A stretch of DNA of 64,000 nucleotides from Anthoceros angustus (Eukaryota; Plantae; Anthocerotophyta): assembly GCA_010909165.1 (NCBI GenBank), contig MU008152.1:124001-188000 (forward strand), read 5' to 3'. The position numbers and the translations under genes were made by a program. Below, piece by piece: positions 47,069 to 59,358 of this stretch. Positions within the stretch are counted from its first letter, which is position 1. The number at the start of each line of letters is the position of its first letter. Below the pieces are notes generated by a model. The model was not told the origin of the DNA. It searched no databases and was given only the letters and a program-made list of their open reading frames with translations.

Positions 47069-47897
47069 ACTGTGAGCCGAGCCTGGGCCTGAGCCTGAGC
47101 CTGGGCCTGAGCCTGAGCCTCAGCCTGAGCCTGAGCCTGAGCCTCAGCCTGAGCCTCAGCCAGGAGCCGGATGAGACGCTGAGTCGGGCTGAGACGCGCT
47201 GAGACGCGCCGAGACGTCTGAGACGTTCTGAGACGCGCTGCTGCATTCCGTGCTGTGCGCGAAGCGAGGCCACGGGGGCGGGGTGGAGTGTGGCTGGCGC
47301 GGGCCTGCAGATCGGGAATTGCTGGCCGGGGCGGGCGATGGCGATGGCGATCAGGAGGAGGCGGGAGCGCAGGGAGTGGCAGCACAGACCTGAGACGTGA
47401 GATGTGGCCCGTGCTGGCGTTGGCTGCGGCTCCGCCGGGAGCGGGAGGGACGGCCTGGCTGCGCCCGCATTGGCTTCTGGAGCGGCTCCGCGGGCGGAAA
47501 CCTGCGCCTTCGCAACTGGTGCCAGTCCGGGCCACCGATGAGGGCAGACGTGCACGCCAGAAATTGCGAGCTTCCCTGAATGTCAGAGTTTCTTTCCCGA
47601 ATCAAGGCTCGCCTTGAACCCGGCCAGCACAGCAACGCGCCCGCCTGTGATGACACAGGTAGGTGGAGTGGTGCAACGTCTTCCTGCCCGGCGGGACGCG
47701 GTGCCTGCTTGCCGGAATTTCTGACTGAGATTTGCATGATCCGTGGCCATGCGGCTTTCGGGGCGTGCCAGGGGGGAAATTTTTTTTCTGGGTGAATTGC
47801 TTGCGAGTCTGCGGCTCGTTTTCGGTGGTTAGGTCGCTGGTTGGACATGGGTGGTGGTGGTGGAGGAATCTGGATGTCTCGCTTCTCATTGTCGAGG
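47060..47897 (+). repeat. Segment B, copy 4 (5'-truncated), continuous with the intact Raf gene
   Basis: Begins at TCATTCATC and runs on into the Raf leader. Confidence 0.92.
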
Positions 47898-48658
47898 AGG
47901 GAAGGGGAGGAGTAGATCTAGTCGGAAGATAAGGTGTTCAATTATTCATGCTCTGTCGATCGGGCTCCGGAGTGTTTTGTAGGTTTCTTTCTTTTGGCGT
48001 CAGCGTCCTCTGTCCTGGACTGTGATGGAAGCTCTCTGCTTGCATGTAGTTTTAGGTGCTGTGCGCGTAACGGTCGGCACAAAGCTGGCAGAATTTCGAC
48101 GCACGTGTATGGCCCTAGTCCTGCACGACATACAATTGCCATTTGTTGTTAACGGAGGCGCATGTGGATATTTGTAGTCACATATGTAGGTGTATGCCTT
48201 TGGTGCGGCTTTAGTATGATAGACACTCGTCCAGGAAAAAGGATAATGCTCTCAGCCGCTGAAACATTTTCTTGCCAGAAGGCTTGGGGGGTCACCTTCC
48301 TTCAACTGTACGTTGCGGATCAGAGTTTCATGAGCTTTTCTGCACGCCGACATGATTCCTGCGTGAAGTGTTACCGAGCATTTCGGTTTGTCCTTCCAGT
48401 TGTCCCTAATCACTGGCTTGTTCTGGCTTGTCTTATCCCTAGGATGGGTCCGAGCAGCTCTGGCAAGCATCAAGAAAGTAGGTTACTCCTTCCTCTGTGT
48501 ATTTGGTCTGTCTTGACCCCAAGGACGGGGATATGATGGAACTGTAGAGGCTATTATAAGTGCACTACGTCTCTCTGGTTTACGTCTTCTGCAGGATAGG
48601 CAATAGATGGCCGTGATTTCACTTTGCCTGTTTCCCGTTTACAGGGTCCTACACATCC

Positions 48659-51600
48659 GTGATTGAAATTCTTGTTCCTTTTGTATCTACTCAGGAAAGA
48701 GACTACGCCATTATTCAGACAGACGGGCAGTCATCGGAAGGGGAAGCGGGTGTAGAAAACTTGGTTGGGAAGATGAGCAATATAGCGATTGTCTCCCAGG
48801 ATGTAGGTAGAGCAGGAGGATCAGCCTTGTGTCCTCCTGAGGATGTATCTCCTCGGACTGCCTCTCAAGAACTTTGGGAGACAGGAAGTTTAAGATCGAG
48901 GATTCCGGATGGCTTCTACTCAGTTGTGCCGGTATAGCTTCTTTGGTTTGTGATATATGCATTGTTTTGCCTGCTGGCCATATTACTCTGATACGTGCAA
49001 CGAGCTCCTTTGACAGTTTGGGCTGTTCACTGATGTTTTCTCACAGTTTATGGCATTTACTTGATATTGCAGAGTGCAAGCTTGAAAGTTCGTTTCTCCA
49101 GTGGGCTACCGACTCTTAAAGAGCTTCAAGAACTGGGGACTGAGGCCCCCTCCTCAGATGTGCTACTTGTAGATACCAAGGAAGATCTGGTTCTCGCTGG
49201 ATTGAAGGAGCTTGTCTCAGAACTAGTTAAAGATTTAGGAGCAAATGTTTCTCTTACAACCAAAAAAATAGCAGAAGTGGTGGGCTACTCTTCACTCCTG
49301 TGACTTGATGCCCACTGCGGCTGATGCCTTTGCCCTACCTGCAGTTTCTCTTTTCACATTCATGTCCTATTTGTGTTCACTCTCAGTTTTTGGCTGTACA
49401 GGTAGCTGACTTTTATGGAGGTCCAGTTTTCGAAGGTGGCAATCTAAAGACACATCCTGAGGAGAACTTGCAGGTTGTTATGGCCAGGGACTATAAGGTT
49501 CTGGGGCAGATCCAAAAGGGTTTCTGTAGGCCACGAGCACTGCTTTTCAAAGTTCTTGCAGATCATGTGGGGCTTCCTAGCCGTCTTTTCATGGTAAGGA
49601 GATTCTGGCGTGAGATTGCTAAGAAAGCTCGTGCTGTTTGATATCTTTGGTGCCCTACTATGCCCTGACACATTGCATTTTGTCAATCACAGGGTTTGCA
49701 GTTAGAATCTGTTCCCAGCAGCTCCCTCATATGTGCCATTCCAAACAAGCACCTGTCAAACATTGTGACATTGAATGGTGTGGAGTTTATCATTGATGTC
49801 CTGCGACATCCTGGTCACTTGCGGCCATTTTCCAGGAAGGTTTTGGTGATGTATCACATTGCAGGTGCTGGAGACAGCGACTCTGCAGACTATGATTCCT
49901 GTGACTCGCCTTTGGAGCCGAACAGCCCTCTTTTCGGATGTTCAGACAGGCCAGAGAGTGAGAGGTATATAGCTATGCACCCCTCCTGCAAGTGTGATGC
50001 ATACAATACAATATATCTGCAATATAGAAATCATCTTCCTCAATACTCAAACTGGCTGCCTCTTCTGCAAATCTTCCTCAGTGCTCCCTTGCATGAGCAG
50101 GATTAGGCTCTCCCACTGCAATACAAAATGGATGCGGTGACCTCAAAATGCATCTTGGCTCAACATATCCGTGCACTTGCCGAAGGAATTTGTAGTGGTC
50201 TAACTGCTTCAATACTTCTTAGAGCCTTGTGTGACTAGTGTATGCAAGGTCTTCTAATGTGTGAACACTGGAATCTTGTCGAGGTAAGCTTAATTGCAAC
50301 TAATTTGTGACTGGAAATGACCTCACTGTAATTGACTTCCAGTCCAGAGCATGATATGGACAGTCAGCTACAGTACCTGAGAAGAGGGCAATCCTCGCCT
50401 GTTGCTGGGGCCATGATGATCATTCATCCATCCTTACGGCCCCCTTCAGGTTCTGAGGGGAAGTTGAGGTGATTACTGGTGTCTTTGGAGCTGTCTGGTC
50501 CAATATTTCAAAAGTTTGTACTGCATTCACAGTGGAATTAGCCATCAACTTCTCGTATGAACCTGTTCTGTCATTTCTTTACTTATTTGGGTGCCTGAGT
50601 AAAGTTAAGATGTCTCTTCGTGCAGCCCATCACAGAGTGAGCCAGACCTTGTGAACTCATATCGTCGTCGGCATCGTCGTAAAGCTGGACCTGATGATCA
50701 TCCTATGGTTTTCAGGTCTGAATGCTTACTTATTGAGGCGTAGCTCACAGTTTTTCAGTGTGCATATTCTGTTTTGGTAGTTTGGACCTTGTACAAAGCC
50801 TTAGTTGCTGAAAATCAGGTTTCTCTTCAACAGCCCAGAACACTCTTATGAGTTGCAGCTGCCTCATGGGAAACCAAACTCGGATGGTGTTCACAGCTTT
50901 CCCTCAAGGTGAATTGAGTTTTCTATCTTTCTTTGTCATCGTGGCTGGCATGGTCAATATATCAGAGTCAACACATGTTCAACACCATGCAAGTATTTGC
51001 TGTCCTTGTCTTGGAGCTTCTCTTGATGCACGAATTGATTCACCTGGTCATCTTGTGACAGCCCTGAGCATCCTCAAGCGCGTTTCAGGTCGGTGAAGCG
51101 TGTAGGCTCAGAAGAAGGAAGTGTGTCAAGGTATTTATCCGTGTTGTCTCTGGTCATGGCACTCATGTTTGTTCTGGTGATGACAAGCGCATGGCTGTTC
51201 TTGTTTAAATCTTAGCAGTCCAGAACATGCAATATCCAGAGCACGCGTACCGTCAATGCTCAGTGGCAGTAGGCGTGGACCTGGAGAGGAGACGGACACT
51301 GTTTCAGTTTCCAGGTGAGTCGCGGTTACGGCTTGTTGGCCCTTCATTTAGCAGTGGAGCTATTTGTACTCATCTTACCCCGTTTCTTGATCTTTCAGCC
51401 CTGAGCATTCTCCTCAGCATGCGACGATGGCAGACAAGCCCTCAGCAATATTTAGAAGGAGGTCAGCATGTGGCTTCAATTCTAGAGAAGAGAATGGCAG
51501 GTGACATAGCTGTTTACTGGGGTGGTGTGTTCGTGTGTAGGTGAGGTAGAGCTGTTTCTTGTTGTAAATTCTTGTGTTGTATGCCCATCTGTCCTCCTGA

Positions 51601-54119
51601 TGGGTTCGGGGCTATGTAAAATACTTCTGGCAGTTGGACAGTCTCTAACTTATCTTCAAATTTACGTTAATGGGTATCTTCTCTCTTATGCAGGCGAGAG
51701 AGGTCCCTTTCAGTCGATATAAAACACGAGGGCCGAGGCATTGATTTTCTCCAGTACATTACAGAGCCATCTTCCTCCAAGTGAGGCTATTGCCTTGTCC
51801 TTGTACTAGAACGAATCTTTCTTTTTGTTGATCTGCTGGACCTTCTCTCTTGCTTCAGAGTGTGATGCACATATGTATGGTACTTCAACAGGGACACAAC
51901 GGCAGTAGCTGGAACTTGGCTTGGTGAAATGTACAGGTATGTGCTTAGTATGGAACTGCAGCTTATTTCTTCTGTTGATGAGTTGTAAGGCTAATGTGGC
52001 CCTCTTGCTGCAGGGGTAATCACAGCTCACCATCTGAGGCTCGCAGAATGAAAAAACGAAGTGCTGCACCTGAAGTCAGTGATGAAGTAGTCAGGTACTG
52101 GAACAGGCCTATAGTCGCACATTTATCTCTGTTGCGATCAAGAACCTGTTGGTCCATATAACTGAAGGAGTGCATGTTCAAGGCTGTGAAACTGTTGAAG
52201 CGTGACCGACTAGCCCAATATTTTTTGTAATGTTCCAGAGCTGTTCGTGCGATGAATGAAGCAATCAAGCAAGAGCGGCGCCGGTTGAAAGAGCAGGGTA
52301 GTGGAGATGTGATTTCGACTGGCTCCTTTGAGGGAAGTGAGGTATGTGTGGGTGACTGCGAGACAGACAGACCAGTCATGGTATGCACTTGCAGAGAGTC
52401 CACTTGTGAGGTTGCATAATGGGAGGTGGAAATATATTTTCTGTACCTTTGTAGTCATTTGGGAGGCTCTAAAGAAAGTAGATTGGATGCTTTTTATGAT
52501 GCAGGGATCAGACAGTAAACAGGCTTCTGAGGGCGATTCGCTCTTGCGGCATGTCCTTGGTGCACCAAGTGATTTATCCAGAGAAATAGCTGGTACCCCT
52601 TCTGGAGTTACTGAAGCAGAACAGGTGTCTTCTGGAAAGGCATCTTCATCCCGCTCGGATGGCTTCTCTACATTGAAGACAATCTCCCTTGTAGACCGGC
52701 AGTTGATGCCATATGAGGAGTGGAACATAGACTTTTCCGAACTTCGAATAGGTGTACGTGTTGGTATTGGTAAGTTGATTATGAATGCATTAGTGCAGGT
52801 ATTTGCAGCAGGCAGGTGTGCAGCTTGTGTCAACGTTTGTCTCAGCAACTGTGTAAACTACAGGGTCTTTTGGCGAGGTCTTCAGAGGTGTCTGGAAGGG
52901 GACTGAGGTGGCTATAAAGGTGATGCTTGAACAGGACTTGACCGAGGAGAATACGGAAGACTTCTGTAATGAAATATCCCTTCTAAGGTACGAGGTACTC
53001 TCTGTCCTCATCTAATCGTGTGACCCTATCTCTTACTTTCTGGTACAAGTAGGGAAGATCCAGTATTGCTCCTGGCTAGGATTGTCCAAAATCCGAGGAC
53101 ACTAATCCCGATGCCTGTCTGTTTTGCATCTTGCAGCCGACTGCGACACCCTAATGGTGAGCAGAATCTTCAGGACTCCTTTCTGGGGCTCTGCTCAGTT
53201 CGCTTAGGTACTGATGTCTTATGCAATGGTTGTGTGGATGGTTGCCAGTAATACTGTTCCTGGGCGCTTGTACAAAGCCACCTCATCTATCCATGGTTAC
53301 GGAGTACATGCACATGGGTTCTCTGTATCGACTTATTCACACCACTGGGCAAGGCAAGAAACTGAGTTGGCGGCGAAGGTTGAAAATGTTGCGCGATATT
53401 TGTAGGTCTGTCACTAGTGAATGGCTCTGCGTTGTGCATTGGGCTTCATAGGATTGAGGGCATATTGTGCTGTGCTGACTACGGGATTGGTTTGGTGCAG
53501 AGGAATGATGTGTATTCACCGAATGAATATTGTGCATCGTGATCTTAAAAGTGCTAATTGTTTAGTGGATAAGCATTGGGCGGTTAAAATATGTGATTTT
53601 GGCCTATCTCGAATAGCCAAAGATGGGCCAGTTCGAGACGCTGCTGCCGCTGGAACACCTGAATGGATGGCCCCTGAGCTTCTCCGGAACGAACCAGTTT
53701 CGGAAAAGTGTGACATATTCAGTCTAGGTGTGATAATGTGGGAGCTTTGTACCCTGAAAAAGCCCTGGGACGGCGTAAAACCCATGCAGGTATGGTGCTG
53801 AATTGCGTGGTTATGCACGTCCCGCAGTGTCTTCGTGCAGACCAATTGGTTTGATCTGTCCTTTTCCTTGCAGGTGGTTTACGCAGTTTCCCAGAAAAAA
53901 GCACGGCTGGATTTGCCTGAGGGATTTCTCGGCAAGTTGATTTCGGGTATGTTAGATGTACCTGTCTGACTTTTGTCTGGATACTGCCGGTCGTAATCGA
54001 GAATATTTGCTGAGGTGACGATGCGTGGTGCAGATTGTTGGGAAGAGGAGCCAAGTGCACGACCGAGTTACGATGAAATTCTTTCACGGCTACATGAATG
54101 TGAGTTTTTATTAAATTGA
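48659..54119 (+). CDS. Raf-like MAPKKK, B1/At3g58640-like (EDR1 N-terminal domain + kinase), multi-exon; start uncertain
   Basis: [12 protein letters not shown]...[104 protein letters not shown]; last exon ends ECEFLLN* at 54119. The true ATG is unresolved (about 48440-48775). Confidence 0.9.
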
Positions 54120-54460
54120 CCATGCCAGGAACCGCCGTGACCAGTAGCAAGTTTTGCAAAATCTCAAGTCTCGTCTCGAAAGGATACCTTGTGTATATGT
54201 AGGAACATTTCCCCTAAAAAAGTCCTGCACGTACTGCACAGTTGTACCATAGATGAATGAATGAGGATTTGTACACTTTCAATGCCAATTTCACCTAATA
54301 GAAATTTTCAAACATCCGACGACATCTCCCTTAGTGGTACAGAGATGAGACATTCCTGCGAGATGGGAAGGCTTCCTTTCTCGAGACCGTTTGCGTGGCC
54401 AGGGTGCGTGCACAATGTGATGCGCCCTACGCCTGTCATTAGCGAGGTTTGGCAAAAAAA

Positions 54461-54913
54461 TCACATAGAAGGGCCTCTGGGTGCATTTCCCTTGGACCAC
54501 TCCACTCCTCGGCTCTTCACCAAAATCCATCTCAACAGACGCTCCTCCTTGTTCAGGTAAGACAACTCCTCAACGATGCTCGGACTCACCATCATGGTCA
54601 TCTGCATCATTTGCGCCTGCACCCAGCAAACCGGAATACTCTAAGACAGTTGGATGGTGTGAGCTGGTAGCAAGGGACAGTGCACAGTAGCTGAGCTTAG
54701 CTGAGCTGAGCTGAGCTGAGCTGAGCTCACCTCACGATAGCGGCCATCACGCTTCTTAATACCGTAGGCCAGCCCTACGCGCCCGAACGACTTCACGTTG
54801 GTGATGACCCCTTGCTTGGCATACACGCGCTGGCCAAGGCGCCCCAAGAGCTCCACCATGCCGCGCCGCTCCAGCTGCGGCTTCGCTAGCATCACGAAGT
54901 CGTACAGCGGCAT
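54461..54913 (-). CDS. rps6: Bacterial-type (probably mitochondrial) ribosomal protein S6, two exons
   Basis: MPLYDFVMLAKP...GVITNVKSFG...LAYGIKKRDGRYRE | AQMMQMTMMVSPSIVEELSYLNKEERLLRWILVK. Confidence 0.88.
54690..54727. repeat. (GCTGA)n pentanucleotide microsatellite in the rps6 intron
   Basis: About 7 units immediately after the splice donor on the minus strand. Confidence 0.85.
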
Positions 54914-55047
54914 GCTTCCTTCCCTTGATGCCCAGATCTGCCCTGCCCTGTCTGATTGCTCCTCGCTCGCCCGCAGGTTACAAGTATCCTCCGTAATAGG
55001 GTTTGGGGACGGCCCAACTCACCGACATAAAGAGCTCACTCCGCCAG

Positions 55048-57331
55048 TTATTGCCTGTTCCTACGCCCAAAATTGTCATTCATTGGTGGACGAGGAGAGT
55101 CGAATGGCGGAGGCGCAGGATTCTGATGCAGGTACATCATATTCCCGGGCTGGGACTGCGGGATGTGAGGGTTGTAACCGCCTGGACTTGGGTTGTTCGG
55201 AGCCGACTGCTGCCTGTTGTCAAAATACACTAGGTTGCCTTGGTGCTGAATGTGCGGGTTGTAGGGGTTGCCAGCATTCTCCATGAAAACTAGGTTGCCT
55301 TGGGGAAAGCCGGCGTGACCAACATTACCGGCCTGGGAAGCGAAGCCTACGGGACTGGGATTTACAAAATTGGGGTGCTGCTGGAAGTGCATCTGCCCAT
55401 GCCCTCCCGCTGCCTGATAGAACCCACCTGGGCCGGCATGAACGGGCACACCCACGCTGAAGCCGGGATCCTGGACACCTCCGGCATATGGAGGATGAGG
55501 TGCAAAGCTTGAATGAGCCAAGCGCATAGCCTGTTGTAGAGAAGGTGGCGGGGGCATGGCAGGCAAACTGCCATGGACTGCGCTCGAAGGTGTCCCGCGC
55601 ATGGCCTGTCGAGAAGGTGGCGGGGGCAAGCTGCCATGCAATGCGTGTTGATAAGCACCTGGAATAGGCTGCATCCCTGCATTGAAGAGCCCGCCTGGCG
55701 CAGGGCCTGCTGCTTGCGCCCAGTGCATGGTAGGAGGCATGTTCTGAGGGACAGAATACTGAGCTCCAAAACCATGATTCGCTGGACCCGATTCTCCTGG
55801 GTAAGGTGCAACATTACTGGAAGCCAGGTCTGCGCGATCATGCGAAGGCCCCTCCCTCGGCATCTGCACAACCATCCAAGAACGGACTAATGACGCCAAG
55901 GCCAGCCTGGTACCCTAAAGAAATCAGGAGGTCGTGAGCGTTGCGTACCGTGTGTTGCTCGTCAGATTTACTTCTCGGCCTGAGCTGATTCCTGGCTTTT
56001 CTTCCCTTCGCTCTGTCAAGCTGGAATGCCCCAGACTCCAGCTCATCTCGTCCCGCCGCCTCCTTCTTCCTCCTAGCCAGTCCCTTCTTGTAGCTCGCCT
56101 CCTTCTCATCATCGGAGAACTCCACCTCTACATCTAGAAGCTCCTCGTCGTTGGACCCCGATGCGTCATAACCCTTCTTCCTTAACTCTGGATCCTTGTC
56201 CAACACGAAGCGCGCAAACTCTGGGACATAGGACACGTCTGCCGATTCCACCGCACCTTGTGGGACGTCCGACTCCTCGTTATACCGCACAATGTAAAAC
56301 GGAGTTCTCACCGGGCCAAACACTTCATCCACATACCCCAAAGGCACACGCTCCTTTGCAAGCCAGAGGATCGAACCCTCGTTGAGAACCTGTGCCACTT
56401 GCGAAATCGTTCCGGCCGTCTGGACGATCAGGCGGTTCCCTAAAACCTGTACCCCACAAACGATAACCATCAAAATAACACTCCGGCCAACAAAACAAAA
56501 AGCAACCGTTGAACATGGATGGAGAGACGCAACCATTGATTGGAACACTCACACCGCTGATTGAACCAAACGATCGCAGTTCATGATGCTCTTGAAGCAC
56601 GGCCTCCATTTTCGGCACCGGGGGCATCGCCTGCAAATCCGAAGCAAGCCGAGTAAGCTTCAGATCAACTCTCAGCATGAGGGACCGTCACCAATCAAGT
56701 TTCGAAACAAGCTTGAGCGACGAGCGGAGGAAATGCGTACAAATAACTCGTTTTTCGTGCGAGGAGGTTCCGCAATTTCGTCATCGCTGCTCTCCGCATC
56801 GGCCTTCTCCTTAGCGCCCAATTTGTTCTCCGGCTTCACCTGCGACTGGCCTTTTTCAAAATATCCCCCAAAGCGTATTCGTTCCTCCTCTGATGATGAT
56901 GACAAAGAAGAGGAAACATCATCTTCCTCCTCCTCTTCCTCCACCCCCACTCCTCCCTCCTCCTCTTCCTCTTCTTCCTCCTCTTCCTCCTCTTCCTCTT
57001 CCTCCTTCTCTTCCTCCTCCTCCTCCTCCTGCCCATCCCCAGCTATCCCAGCCCTACCAGCTCCTTCGGATTGTGGCCCCGTGTAGTCCATGGACTGAGC
57101 CACCCCTTCAGACGGCGGCGTTGCATCCTCCTTCTTCCCGGGACTCGCTGCAGGCACGTGCTCAGCAAAGGCAGCTGCATCCTCCGGCTTCATGCCAGTG
57201 GGCGCGGATTCGTCCAGAAGCGAGGGAGCCGGGTCCTCCAGCTTCATACGAGCCGCCACCGTCTCCTCCTCAGCAGAAGGAGCTGCATCCTCCATGTTCG
57301 ATGCAGACGCCATTGGAGGCACATGTTCCAT
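55048..57331 (-). CDS. NAF1: H/ACA RNP assembly factor NAF1, multi-exon
   Basis: Poly-Glu N-terminus, PPRTKNEL, Gar1/Naf1 core (LNEGSILWL...LGYVDEVFGPVRTPFYIVRY), KKGYDASGSNDEEL..EVEFSDDEKEA and a Pro/Gln-rich tail. Confidence 0.93.
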
Positions 57332-57377
57332 TGTCGCTCCTACGGTGCCTGCAAAGAACAGGGTTTAAGCGCATCAC

Positions 57378-57386
57378 AAACCCTAA
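57378..57386 (+). promoter_or_regulatory. Telo-box (AAACCCTAA) near the NAF1 start
   Basis: Exact motif about 50 bp upstream of the NAF1 ATG, as is typical of plant ribosome-biogenesis genes. Confidence 0.55.
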
Positions 57387-57989
57387 AATCTAAAACCCAA
57401 GCGGAAGGAATTTTTGCTCACTTTAAAGGATGGCGATGTTCTCAAACGGCCATGCGCGCGCTTGCGCTTGCGCTCCCCCTCCCCTCGCAAAGGATTGCAT
57501 TCCACTGGCGTTCGACACTGCTGTCAGGGATCTTGTTGGCGGTGACCGAATTCGGGTTTATCGCTCTCGCAGATGAAAAGAGCACGGCCCATGCACGATA
57601 GAGCTCCCGTGAGCGAGAGTGAGGAAGGAATTCCTGCAACGGAGGGTGCTGTCCGGAGACGGCCAGGTCGCTCTCCGGCTCGTGGCTGACTTTGGGTGCA
57701 TGGTATTCGCACCTGACAAGAGCTAAGGGCCATACAATTTTGAACTCCCCTGGGCGAGAGCGAGACAGAAATTGTTATCGTCACGGTTCAGGGACCGAAG
57801 GGGAGATCGAGTGAGGGAGTGGTTCGGGGCAAGGGGGAGGTAAAGGGAGACGTAGAGGGACAGGAACAGAGATAGTGACGGGGATCGCGATAGGCACAGG
57901 GATGGTTACGAAGAGATCCCAATGGACTCAGGGATGGTCACAGAGAGATCACAATAGGCACAGGGATGGTCACAGGGAGGAGGAGAGAG

Positions 57990-58570
57990 GAGAGTTGTTG
58001 CTTGGTCCAGCAAGCAACGCATACCTCAACATCAGTAATCGAAGGTGAGTGGTGAGCATTCAGTCATCCCTAAGTGTGGCCAAAGAGTATGCTGTTGTCT
58101 GAGTGTGGAGGATCGGACGTCTCGATTGATTTGTGAGATATGGGTATTGCCATGTAGTTCGGCATGGTTTGCACCCTGCAAGCAACGCATACTTCAACAT
58201 GAATAATTGAAGGTGGGAGTTGCCGTTCAGTTATTATGTAAAGGTGTGTTGTTGCGTGCAAGATGTCTTCCTCTACCTGGGATAGAGTATATTGTTGTCT
58301 AAGTGTGGAGGTTGGGTTTTGCTTGGTCCTGCAAGCAACACACACGCTAACATAAAGAATCGAAAGGTGAGAGGTGACCATTCGGTTATCTATGTGAACG
58401 TGTGTTGTTGTTTGTAGGGCCCCTGGCATGGTGAGAGGTGCGAGTCGGTTATCTATGTGAACGTGTGTTGTTGTTTTCAGGACCCCTGGCATGGAGTATG
58501 CTGTTGTTTAGCCGTGGATTGGACGTCTTGATTGGTTTGTCATATGTAGCTCTTGCCATGTTGCGTGAGG
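57990..58570. repeat. Degenerate tandem array (three units of roughly 160-200 bp) with an inner 63-64 bp duplication
   Basis: GCAAGCAACGCATAC..CAACAT and GAGTAT..TGTTGT motifs recur three times; 58366-58429 and 58430-58492 are near-identical. Confidence 0.7.
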
Positions 58571-59358
58571 TGGGCGGTATGGTTCGCAATTGTGATGTAA
58601 AGCGGACACAAAAGGATTAGTAACGTAGTATATGAGAAGAGGTCCTATACCCTTTACACATTGTGGCAACGACAGGTTCTGAGGAGAAATTTCTGATGGT
58701 GTGAATTGCAAATGCTTAAGCTCTTCAACAAGCTGTGGGAAGATGAACAGCAGAGGTGTCAAAACCCTACCCAGGTTGAACTCTGAGAGCAATAAGTGAT
58801 CTTTGTTAAGGCACATCCATCTTTCCTTCGTGGGTGTACTCTTACCCTGGGAACCTCACATAGTTTATTCCACGTTTTTTCGTTTCTCCCTCTTATACAC
58901 TTGTGTTCTTCGTTGGATACTCTGGAACTCATTGTATTTTCCAACTTGCCATTCCTTGCTGCGCCATGTTTCCTTTGCTTGGTCACCATGTAGCTCTTGC
59001 TGGCAAGGTTACTAGTCTTCAGTAGTGGGAGACACGGCGTGTGCAGTGTTGAATGGAGGACAAGGAGCTCCCCTGTAGCCCGTCTTCAGAAGGCTCCAGG
59101 TCTGTATTCAGCAGGTTGGCCTTTCTGAGTTCATTGCAAAGTTCAGGATCTTCCGCACTTCCAAGCTCATCACTGGTAGCTGGAGGAGTTCTCTTCTCAT
59201 GTGGTCGTATGTGGCCGGGTTCTACCCACTAACCAGTGTTGTTCTGGTGGGTGTGGCTTTGGGTGGCCTGGCTGCAGTAGTTCTCACTGTCATAGAGCTC
59301 AGTCATTCGGGTCCTGGATTTCACAGCACTTTTTGGGCCAATTTTGGGGCAAACTGCG

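Noticed and set aside
40824-47555. Repeated ORFs with AQAQAQ or LRLRLR tracts
   Set aside because: These are products of the (GCCTGA)n microsatellite in GC-rich segment B; frames and lengths change between copies and there is no domain support.
39575-47897. Helitron or Pack-MULE gene capture as the cause of the mosaic
   Set aside because: No TIRs, TSD or terminal hairpin-CTRR were seen. All donors are local and same-strand, and the joins are microhomology-based.
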